64,000 nucleotides of DNA from Takakia lepidozioides. Taxonomy: Eukaryota > Plantae > Bryophyta. The notes beneath the pieces are model-generated. The model was given only the letters and a program-made list of their open reading frames with translations, made no database searches and had not been told where the DNA came from. The stretch is taken from positions 37,758,001 to 37,822,000 of the forward strand of contig CM060731.1 in NCBI GenBank assembly GCA_030704615.1. The letters run 5' to 3'. Positions 22,801 through 32,918 of the stretch are shown piece after piece. The stretch's first letter is position 1; the number at the start of each line of letters is the position of its first letter. A program made the translations under genes and the position numbers.

Positions 22801-25800
22801 CCCAATTGTCCTCCGTAACTGCAACCTTAAGTCCAGTGGGCTTAGAGGTAGAGGACGCGTCCTGGTTGCTATGTTGCAACCTCTTGAGCAGTACTCCCTA
22901 CCTGCTCAGTCAATGACAAGGCCTCATCCTGCCCCATCATCTCATCCTCAGGACTTCCTCACCCGAGAAAATCCCCAACCTCATCTTTCATCGCCACCTT
23001 GGCTGCCAACTCCCTCTGAACCTCGAGCACCTCCCACGTGTGCCATGGATGCCTGCACCCCGTGGTCCTCACATGCTCGCCCCCACTCACTGCCTGTACC
23101 GTCTCGGTAGGCAGAGAGACCATTGAGGGAAGTGTACTCCGCACTCTGCGTTGCTCAGCCATAGCCAAGCTGATAATCCAGGTCAAGCAATTGAGATCCA
23201 TTGCTTGCCCCAACACTTGACGACGTGATGCCTCAGAAAGAGACGACACGCAGCCGTGGTACCAGTGGTAAAAACCCATTGCCCCGCTCACGCTCGTCAG
23301 CATTAGGCTCCACTAACTGCTGGCAACTGAGCATGGGCCACAGGAGGCCAGGTCCACTATCCGGAAAGCATGCGATCCTGGAAAGCTGAGCAGTGTAGGT
23401 AATGCTGCTCGTGGTTGACCCACCTTGTTGACACACTGCCAAGGCGAACGGTCATCGTGTCTCACACGCTGAGACTGCCTCCCTGTGTCCAGAATGTTAT
23501 CCACTGTGAGATGTGCTGGCCGCTGCGCACCCCATCAAATGCACGCTTGAGCAGTGCGGGTGGCATCAAGTTAGTCCACCATAGCCGTGGACGATGAGCC
23601 GTGACCCCACTGTAGCTGCATCTAGCAACACTGCTGACCCAAGCCACGACCGACTTGATGCACACTGGCCATCACCCCTGGCCCGAGAATCGCCCATCAG
23701 TGGCACATTCTCCAAGATGTATGCTGGAGATACAGCTTGATGAAGCTGCAAGTGGCGCAAAACCCGCACCATCTCCCAAAACAGACCCGACCTCGAGTCT
23801 CGCAATCCATTGCATGCCCGGCTGATGAATGCCCTTGGCAGGGCCAACCTGCCACTACCAGATCAATGGAGCCAACCCGCTCCAAATCCTGCGCCCCCAG
23901 CAACGAAATGTCTGCTGGCAAGGCCTGCTGATATCCACGAATTGCAGACACCGACAACAACTCAGGGTACCGGCTGCACCAACTGAGCAACATGGCGAAG
24001 TGAAACGCGTCGTGCAGTCTCATCCCTCTCCACATACAGGTAACGCCGAACTCGTACACCTGCCTGTAACACAGCAGCCAATCCGGTGCTGATCCCGCCA
24101 AACAAGTCCAGAAGACAAATGCCTTCATCCGGATACTGCCACACAATAGGTGTGGTGTCCAATGGAGACAACTGAGGTGGTCCTGGTGCAATCCCCGCAC
24201 TCTCCCTCCTCTCCTGACGGTAAAAAGCCTCCACCCAGGCTTGTTGCACCCGTCGATCAGCATCCCGCTGCAAATCCTTGCTCGTGCCCCACAATGGAGT
24301 CTGAGCAACCATGGTAGGCAACTCCGCCATACCATACATGTCATCCTGCTCTCCCGGAGGTACATCCTTGAATGAGCGTTGCCCTCAAGCAACTCTCTAG
24401 GCCAACCACTGCCGCTGTGAATGCTGCTAGTGTCGGCATCTTGCCTCGCTGGGCAACCGCAACTCCTCCTATGAACGTCACAGGAGCTGCACACGCCGGC
24501 CCTCCCCTGACTGCCATGCAGGCCTATAGGAAGCTGACTCCTCCCAAAAATCCAGGGTGAAGCCCATGGGGTACAACACTGCCCCACCAACCAACATCGT
24601 ATGAGACCGCGTCTGTCACAATGGCCTTGGCTCGCATCACTGAGCCATCTGTAGGGTGATCCGGCCGTAGTCTGATAGCCAACTCACGCGTGTCATGCCC
24701 CGAGCCTGCTCCGATCCTCCAGAGACGTCTGTATCTGGAAAGGACAAGGCTCCATATCCGCCTCCGTGAGGCCCAAGCCTGCAATAGCAGCTCTGCCCAG
24801 CATCAATGGCTGAGCTCCCGAGTCCAACAAGACCCGCAGTGGCCGGTACCTCTTGCCTGCCGGTCCACTCAAACAGAAAATGTCATCCTGGTTGTCTAAC
24901 ATGACAACTCCAGGTGTCACCATGGCGCGCTCAATGGCTGGCCTAGCTGGCAGCTCCATCAACCTGGCAGCTGCAGCTTGCCATGGCGCCGCGTGGCAGT
25001 CTTGACCCTCAAATCCGAGGATCCCTCCGGCACTACACCTCCCACTATCTCCGCAGAAGATGAAGTAACTCCCCACTCTCACAGAGTGTAGCTGCCAGCC
25101 TGAACACCTCAGCTGGTCTTACCCCCGGCGTCGCAATCATGGTAGCCGAGAACAATGGAGCCTGGCACACAGATGTGGCCGCTCCTAGCAGCACACTAGC
25201 TGCCGTAGCCTTGGCAACACTAGGTAGTGGTGCTACCCGTGTAGCTCTCCCCAATGGCATAGTAACCTCCGCCTCGGTAACAGTCGGGCGAGAACTAGGT
25301 GCCATGGATGGCGTCGACACTGTCTCCGCCAATGTGAATGACTGAGGAAGCCTAGCCTGACGGCTTGCCTCCCCACGCTGTGGATCCAACTCCACCTCTG
25401 CACCTCGTGGCTCAGGAACTCGTGCTGCTCCTCGAGTCACGGCTGCAGACTCCACCTGCACTAGTGGTAGTGCTGCTCCACACATGAATCCCATGCCTCC
25501 CATATCTCCTCCCTCAGGAGCAGGAGGTGGACCATCCGGCCTTAGAGCCGGTACCACCTGAGCTGTAGCCATGGCAGCGAGCCTCTGCTCTAGCTGCTGA
25601 AGCCGGTTGGCCATGCCTTGGTCAACACCCTGACCTCCGCGTCCTTGGCCATGTTGAGCTTGCCTTGGCCTGCACCTCGTGCTGGCCACCTCGTCCTCTC
25701 TGGGCTGCTCCACCTCGCCCCCGGCCACCATTGTTCCCTTGGAACTGGCCTGGGCGCAACTCAGGATGCAAACCATAACACTGGCCTCTCCATGCCCGTG

Positions 25801-27062
25801 CTTGCCACAATGCCCACACTGCAACTGTGCAGGCTGTGCATGTGCCGGCCCTTTGCCTCCCTCTGGGCAATCCTTCTTGACATGGGGTCCTCCACATGTC
25901 CAGCACACCACATCCGCCCGTTGTTGGCCAGCAAATGAAGGGAGAGACCCCTGCATCTGAGGTCCTCTCTGCCCTTCCCTGAGCTTCACCTGAGCCCCCT
26001 TGTTGCCTTGAGCACGTTGAGGTAGTGGTTGGCTAGGAGCACCACTACCCGTGGTGTCTCCTTAGCAAATCCCACCATGACCACTCGTTCCTCCACCATG
26101 TTGAGCTCTATCCGCTCTGCCAGCAAAAACACATTTGCTAAGGTGGGTTGGGCCGCTTGTAGGAGAGTTGCATCCCGCACCCTTCTCCTCAGCTCCTTGT
26201 CCAATATCCCATACCAGAATTGGACTGCCTGAGCTTCCGTAACCCCTTGGGTTACATTTATCAAGCGCCTCATGCGAGTGAAAGCCTCCCTCAAGCTCTC
26301 GTCGGCTTCCGTTGGAACTCTTGCAAGCTCCGCAACTTCTCTGTCCTCACCCCTTGGTAGTTCCCCTCAACTCTTCGAAGAACTCCACAACAGGGTTGAA
26401 GGCAGGCACGGGTACTAGTGCTGGTGCGGTAGTGGCTTGGGTGGACGTCGTAGCTACTGTACCACCAGTCCCACTAGTCCCACTGCTTGCTGAAGCTGCC
26501 GGTGCAGCGGCAGGTGTAGCCACTGCCCTCGTGGCTCTAGTGCCCCTAGTGATGGAGACATAGTCGGGTGACCAGTACATCCTCCACTCCTCGATCTCAA
26601 CCTCATGCCCCCGCCTGAACTCATGGTAATCATCCATAGGCGGCCCCTCAAGGTGCTGAAACAGCCCCTTCCATGCCATGAAAGGCGTAAATAGTTGTGG
26701 ATTGCGCATTTGCTGCAAATCACACCAACTATCAAACTCTTGGATAAAATCATCCAACTCGATGGTGCCCACCGCCCCAGAGTACCTTCGTGGCCCCTTG
26801 GTAGCTCCATACATCTCCTCCATTGTGTCCCACAACAATGGCAAAGAAACAACTTGCACCCCGCCGGTATGAGTCCTCCTGATTCACAATCCGAATCAGA
26901 ACCTTCCGTAGAAGACACAGGTGAAGGTGGCCTAAACCGCACACCTCGTCTCGTGTACCCACTAGTATCGCTAGTGCTCGAACCGGCACTGTCCCCAGCA
27001 ACTAGTGGCACCTCCGTGTTGACACTCAACCGGTCATGAACATGTCCTAACCCCCTCTCCAC
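19804..27062 (-). pseudogene. Element B gag-pol: Gag, two zinc knuckles, aspartic protease, DNMT3-like methyltransferase, RT, RNase H, DDE integrase, PHD; many frameshifts
   Basis: CWTCGGPHVKKDC, CGHCGKHGH; VLLDSGAQ; RMCGDYRPVN, LDLRSGYHQ, LPFGLKNAP, YIDD; WSLDFAGP, TDQGREF, AERVVQTVK; C4HC3 finger ending WLCPHCLG*. Confidence 0.93.
23170..24125 (-). other. C5-cytosine DNA methyltransferase domain (DNMT3-like) inside pol
   Basis: Motifs in canonical order: I LLDLFGGISTG, II YLYVERD, IV DLVVAGWPCQG, VI YILENV, VIII AHRPRLWWTNL, IX PNADERER, X RRQVLGQAMD. Confidence 0.9.
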
Positions 27063-27699
27063 AAGGTAACCGGGTAGAGAACCTGTTGCGGCTTATGGTT
27101 TGGAATACTAAGTTCCTAACATAGCCTACACCTGTACCTGCATCCACCGCAAGCACTCCTATGGTTGGCTGGTCATCACCTCCAACCTCACCACAGGAGA
27201 AACAATGATGGTCTGGCTGGTCATCACCCCAGCCTCACCATCGACAGCATGCTCTAGGACTGGCCGGTGATCAAATCCGGACCAATCACCTATAAAAACA
27301 AGCGCCCCACAAAAACTAGCATGGCGCACAGTCAAGCATGCAGGTATGGAGGGGATCCAACACAAGAAATCAGAACGACAACTCCCCCACACAAAAACAA
27401 ACTCCACGGTGTTGCTCCTGCAAGGACACCCCAGCCCAAACCCGGACTGACTCTTGCCTCCACCTACGGAAAGGTCTTGGCCTAATGAGAGGGTGGAAAC
27501 TACGAGGAAGAGAAGCTAAAGCAATGCCTAACCCCAGCATGCCCTCATCCCAACACTCTTCCTCTCCTCTCTTCCCTCACTTGCATGACCATGGGAATAT
27601 CATGAAGATACTCCTCAAACCGCCCTCCACGAGCTTCAAAATTCGGCCTTCAAGACCACATGCCAGTCCTTAGGCAGTCCACCAGTGCCTCCACGAGTC

Positions 27700-28405
27700 A
27701 GCACAGGCCGTCCACAGGTCAACACGGGCCACCACAGACCAGCACAGGCCCACACAGCTCACTGGTCACAGCCGTCACAGCCCCACAGGCCACAGCCTGT
27801 CACAGCCCTCACAGCCCACAGCCCACAGGCCAGCCTGTCACAGCCGGCCACAGCACAGCCTGTCACAGCCCCTTCACACAGCCTCAGCCTATCACAGCCC
27901 TCACAGCCCCAGTCACAGCCCGTCACAGCCCCACAGGCCACAGGGCACAGCCTGTCACAGCCCCTCACAGCCCGTCACAGCCCCAAGGCCACACAGCCTG
28001 TCACAGGCTCACAGCCTCACAGGCCAGCACAGCCCGTCACAGCCCCACAGCCACAGGCACAGGCCACAGCCCGTCACATCACACAGCCCGTCACAGCCCT
28101 CACAGCCGCACAGCACACTGTCACACAGCCCGTCACAGCCCCACAGGCCACTGGGCACAGCCTGTCACAGCCTCACAGCCTCAGGCACAGCCCTCACAGT
28201 CACAGCCCCAAAGGCCTCAGGCACAGCCCTCACAGCCCATCACAGCCCCAAAGTCACAGCGCCCGTCACAGCCCTCACAGCCCGTCACAGCTGGGCACAG
28301 CCCCTCACAGCCCCAGCTGCACAGCCCATCACAGCCTCACAGCCCCTCACAGCCCCTCACCTTCACAGCCCCGTTGCCCCTCACAGCCCGTCACAGTCTC
28401 AGCCC
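27700..28405. repeat. Degenerate short tandem array (core (GT)CACAGCC) in the element B leader
   Basis: Dozens of CACAGCC/GTCACAG units; the overlapping 248-263 aa ORFs are translations of this repeat. Confidence 0.92.
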
Positions 28406-28849
28406 CATCCATGGCCGCTTTGGCAGTTTAGCCATTTCTCCAAGGGTTTAGCCACGCCAAGCTAGGGTTTGTGTCTCTTGGACTCTAGGCTTCTTTCCAC
28501 CGAGCTATGGCGGCTGTGAGGAAATCAGCAAGGTATTTGCTCTTTCGGCTCCCACACCACCATAGTAGCCCTAAGCCATGAGGTGGTTGCCACAAAACCA
28601 AGCCTTCTTTCTCACTTAGCCTCCCCAAACACGCCACTAAACTCAATGGCAAACAACCAAGCCCTGCTGTTCCCAGCCCTTGTGAGCACTCATTCAAGCA
28701 CTCTCCTTGGCCATAGCATCTGTCTTAGAGCCTATTCCAGCCCCTACACCTGCTGCTTCAAGAGTTGCGCTCCTTCAAGCTTGAAGTTGAAACCCCAACT
28801 CACATAGGCCCTACAAGTGCTTTTCTTTCACTCCAAGTGGAAACCAGCC

Positions 28850-29260
28850 CTAGACCTTCCGTTCTAGCTCTCTAAAGCTTGAAAACAAGAGCCTCAATGG
28901 GCTGAAGGCATGCTCCACACATGCCCCACTCTCACCATAAGAGAATCAGCTCCTTTGCTTCATTTCTTGCACCCACAAACCTGAAAATACAAGCTTCAGC
29001 AGGCTGAAAGCATGCTCCACATGCCCTACAGGGAAACCAGCCCCTTCCTTCATTTCTTGCACTCCCACACCTGAAAGTGCAAGCCTTCACCAGGCTGATA
29101 GCATGCTCCACACATGCATTGCCCTCACATAAGGGAAGTCAGCCCTTCCCTCTTCCTTGCTTGCCCTCCAAGCTTGAAGATGGAAGCTTCAATGAGCTGA
29201 ATACATGCTCCACACATGCAACCTCTTCACACAAGAGATATCAGCCCCCTATCTTGGCTC
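28850..29260. repeat. Diverged ~100-120-bp tandem units in the element B leader
   Basis: GCTGAA..CATGCTCCACA-like blocks recur near 28905, 29005, 29095 and 29200. Confidence 0.65.
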
Positions 29261-29930
29261 CTTGGCTCCTTGATGCTCTCTAAGACAAGACTAAGCACTC
29301 CACAGCCTTGCCAAGCTCCTGAAACCCTAAGGCTTACATTTCCAGCCACAAGACACTTCTCTTGTGGTGCAAGAGCTTTTCTTCCAAGCTCTGAAACCCT
29401 AGGTGCACATTCCATGGCCTTGCCGCACCTCTTAGCTCCTGTTCCAGCCCTGCTCTTGCCATGACAAGAGCCCTCAAATGCTGAAGCTTCAGATTGAAAC
29501 CCAACTCACATACTCCACAAAGTGCACTGATTTGCCCCAAGCCAAATCAGCCTTTCGCTTGGTCTTGCAATCCTTCACACAATGAAAGCTCGCATTCCCA
29601 AGTCCAGTTCTCAGCTTTGCCACCAAAGCCACTATAACCTGCTCTTGACTGGTCCTCTTCCCAATCGTGCTTGCTCATGCATGTACACAATCTGAAACCA
29701 TCAAGGTGCTCTGGAATTACCTGCAGTATGGTGCTTTCATCTCTGAAGCTGAAGATCGAATGCCAAGGTTTACCACCTCGTAACCCACATCGCCTCTGCT
29801 TCTAACAACCAAAAGCTACACGGTGCTCCTTGCATAACAACCTGGTTTCTCTAATTTTTGAGCAAAAACCACAAGTGCTACAACTAACTCGTATCTAGCA
29901 CTCATAGATACGAGCTGATCTTTCTCGAGT

Positions 29931-30256
29931 GATAAAGATGAAGAATACAAGCGCAAGCTCATGTTAGCTCACAAAGCTGAAGCATAAACTCATGCATATA
30001 TAACCTCATCACTCAAATACAAGTCAAGCCAAGTGCATCCCACGCCGTGGGGAATCCACACTACGGCGCCATAGCTAGGCGCGGTGAGGCTCAACTCGAG
30101 AAAGATGAGCCTCCCGCGCTTGCCGTGAAGATAACCACTCCAGGGCCTAAATCTGCCTTGACCCCTGGATTGATACTTGGGCCAATCCCAAATGTCAATG
30201 TGTAAAAGCTAGCTATTTCCTAGCTAGTTTCACACTAGTGATAAAATAACTTGACA
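29931..30256 (-). repeat. Element B 5' repeat X1
   Basis: Matches X2 (19041-19365) with 5 transitions and 1 indel by eye; no Y segment adjoins it. Confidence 0.93.
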
Positions 30257-30260
30257 GTTG

Positions 30261-31284
30261 TCATTGACCATCCGTCACAACAAGTACGTTTTGATAATGG
30301 TGGAGCATTTCTCCAAGTGGATCGAGTTGGTTCCGTTGCCTGATAAGGCTAGTGAGGGAGCTGCGTATGCATTCTTGGATTGTGTACTTAGCCGCTTCGG
30401 TGCTCCAGCTGAGGTACTCACGGACCAAGGGAGAGAGTTCTTGGGGGAGTTTCAGGCTTTGTGTGACAAGGCCTTGATAGACCACCCGCACCACTTCTCG
30501 GGATCATCCTGAGGCCGATGGCTTGGCAGAGAGAGTTGTTCAGACAGTAAAGAGGGGTTTGCGCAAGTATGGCTTGCAGAAGGGACACCTAGGAGATTGG
30601 GACCTTCAGTTACCCTGGTTAGCCATGGGCTACAGGTTCAGCAAGCAAGCATCACTTGCCTCCTTCTCACCATACTTTCTTCTCTTTGGCCGAGAGCCGG
30701 ATTTGCCTATATCCATTCGTAGAGAAGCTGCTACAATTCTTAACCTTGACAATCCGGACGTGTGGGCACGTGCATGTGATCAGCGTGCAGAGTTGTTCAA
30801 GAAAGTCATGCCCATGGCTTTCGAGAACCTTGCCATTGCACAACATTGTGATACGTTGAGGTATGCTACCATACGTGGTGGGGGCTATCGTCCTGGGGTT
30901 CGGAGATTCAACCCTGGTGACTATGTCTATCTGCAGCAGACTGCTCCTACGACCTTGGATGTGACTGCAGGACGTGTTATTTTGAGGGTTCGAGAGGTCT
31001 TGCCCTCAGGTGTCTTAATCCTGGAGGGTCGGGATGACATAACTTGGAAGGACCATGTGCGTAATTGTGCGCCATGTCACCTTCCGAATGTCGATGGCAG
31101 GATTGACCCAAACCTGGCAGTGGTACCTGCAAGGTTGAGGTGCATGTTGTGTGGGTCTGCTAGAGGGGCAGCCACCATGCTGGTGTGTGATCGATGCTCT
31201 AGAGGTTGACATATGGGATGCTTGACTTCACCCCTTGAGATGGTTCCTGATGGGAATTGGTTATGTCCGCATTGCATTGGATAG
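30261..31284 (+). pseudogene. Element A pol, part 2 (integrase core, C-terminal domain, PHD finger)
   Basis: EHFSKWIE, TDQGREF, AERVVQTVK; CMLC...VCDRCSRG*HMGCL...WLCPHC with a W-to-stop change at 31207-31209. Confidence 0.9.
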
Positions 31285-31542
31285 TGGGAGTGGATACAAC
31301 CATGGAGGGCTAACAAGAAATGCAAGGCCAAGCTACTAAGAGACCTTGAACACACGAGATCCTGGCTCAAGTTCACAGATTGCAAGACGGCGACTAACGA
31401 TGGGGCTACTCTTGTACCCGGCCTCTTGGTCTATAGAGTTTGAGTACAATAGGGACAGTGATAGAGGACTTAGTACGGCTGTGGCTATTACATCTTGTAG
31501 CTATCTGGAGTTAGATGGACCTATCCACCAGCTAGGGGGGCG

Positions 31543-32068
31543 ATTGTGGCAGACTACTTTATTGTACATATATGTGTGGTGTAGTTTGGACAACGATGTA
31601 GTTGTGTAGCGATATGTATGCGCACGACAGTTGTCAAGTTAAATAAACACAGTGTGAAACTAACTAGAATAAAGCTAGTTATTTGTATTTAACAATTGGA
31701 TTTAGTTCAAGTGTTAAGTCAGGTGTCAAGTTTAGTTTGACACCTGAACCGTCTTATCTTCACGAGAGCGTCAGTCGTGCGGCTCATCTCTCTCGAGTTG
31801 AGCCTGCACGACCGAGCTCCTTCATCGTTCAGAATCTGAGTGTGCTTATGAAGGGATGATAGGTTGTTGTGGGGTGGAGTCCCCATAGCTTGGGGTGCCC
31901 CTGGCTTGACTACTATTTTAAATAGTGATGGTGTTGGGTTTCATGTTTCTTGTGTGAACAATGTGTTCTTAGTTTCCTATCATTGTGGCAGACTACTTTA
32001 TTGTGCATATATGTGTGGTGTAGCTTGGACAGCGATGTAGTTGTGTAGCGATATGTATGCGCACGACA
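31543..32068 (+). repeat. Element A 3' repeat block: Y1 31543-31629, GT, X2 31632-31982, Y2 31982-32068
   Basis: ATTGTGGCAGACTACTTTATTG...GCGCACGACA present twice; AGGGGGG purine tract just before Y1; X2 begins TGTCAAGTT as in element B. Confidence 0.92.
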
Positions 32069-32289
32069 CAAGAAAGAAAGACAGAAAGTGAGGGAAGAGG
32101 CGGTGCTTACCTTGGGCGTTGGAGCGACATTGGGGCAAACTCCTTGGGGTCTTGCGACCACCTCGGGCTCAGCAGCAGGTGCGTTTCTCCTCCACCCTAA
32201 ACCCCACTCTCTGAACTACCTCTCTCCCAAAGAACAAACAAAAATGGGAGGGGAAAGAGATGCTTGAAGCACTTAGGGAAAACAAAAGG

Positions 32290-32635
32290 CGCGGCGCCCA
32301 CGTGTGACGCCCGGCCGTCGCATGCCTGCACCCGCCTTTTTTTGAAATGTAAAAAGAATATTGCGACGGCTGGCCGTCGTTTCTTGCGACCCCCGGCCCA
32401 TAAATAAAAAAACACGTCGCCCCCCGCGACGGCTGTCCGTCGCGGGGTGCGACCCCCAGTTAAAAAATAAAAATAAACGCGTCGTCCAATGCGACGCCAG
32501 GGTGTCGCAGGAGGCGACGACGGCCCTTTCTGGATTTAGGGTTTAGGGCCTTTTGGATTTCTTAGTTTTTATTTATTTTTATTTATTTTTTCATATGGTA
32601 CTGGGTTAGGGTGTTTGTTTTTTCTTTATGGTGCT
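32290..32635. repeat. Internal inverted copy of the CACTA right subterminal region
   Basis: 32505-32632 is the diverged reverse complement of 39621-39726 (GTCGCAGGAGGCGACGAC...TATGGTACTGGG.TAGGGTGTTTGTTTTT). Confidence 0.85.
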
Positions 32636-32918
32636 GGGTTTTGGATTGGCGGTTTTGGTTGTGGGTCTTGGGGTTAAAAGGATAAACGGTGTAATTAGGA
32701 TTCACATACCCAAAATGTGGTTCAATCTGATAATCGCAAGAAGTGATTGTGAGACATCCTGAAGATAGAACGAGAGGAAGGATTTATTGTCTTGGGCTCT
32801 AGCACCATAGGGATGCTCCGCCTTTGGTTACCAATTTTGAAAGCCCCGAGGCTGAGGCATAGGGTTTTTTGCCAACGGTTTTTGAGAAATGAAAGTGTTG
32901 GTGGTGTGTGTTAATTAG

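Larger units (their letters stand above)
18851..30256 (-). mobile_element. Ty3/gypsy element B, full length, permuted/split-LTR structure X1-internal-Y1-GC-X2-Y2
   Basis: Termini TGTC...GACA; 4-bp TSD GTTG at 18847-18850 and 30257-30260; removing it restores the element A integrase frame. Confidence 0.95.
17630..32068 (+). mobile_element. Ty3/gypsy element A: 5'-deleted, interrupted by element B, with a PPT-Y-GT-X-Y 3' end
   Basis: RT end, RNase H and integrase start at 17632-18850 continue at 30261 (FAGPL|SLTIRHNKY); PHD at 31141-31281; repeats at 31543-32068 end in GCACGACA. Confidence 0.92.

Noticed and set aside
27660-28451. 248-263 aa low-complexity ORFs, or a CRISPR-like array
   Set aside because: Translations of the CACAGCC array; no unique spacers; eukaryotic context
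18851-30256. DIRS/PAT/Ngaro classification because of split repeats and a methyltransferase
   Set aside because: Protease, DDE integrase, TG..CA ends and a TSD are present; no tyrosine recombinase is seen; the methyltransferase is C5-cytosine type
30251-30263. Target sequence GTTGTCA resembles the element's own att junction, suggesting site-specific insertion
   Set aside because: Element A's flank (CAAGAAAG) shows no such similarity; a single case may be chance
31285-31540. Read-through ORF after the PHD stop
   Set aside because: The equivalent region in B has in-frame stops; better treated as a conserved 3' non-coding region
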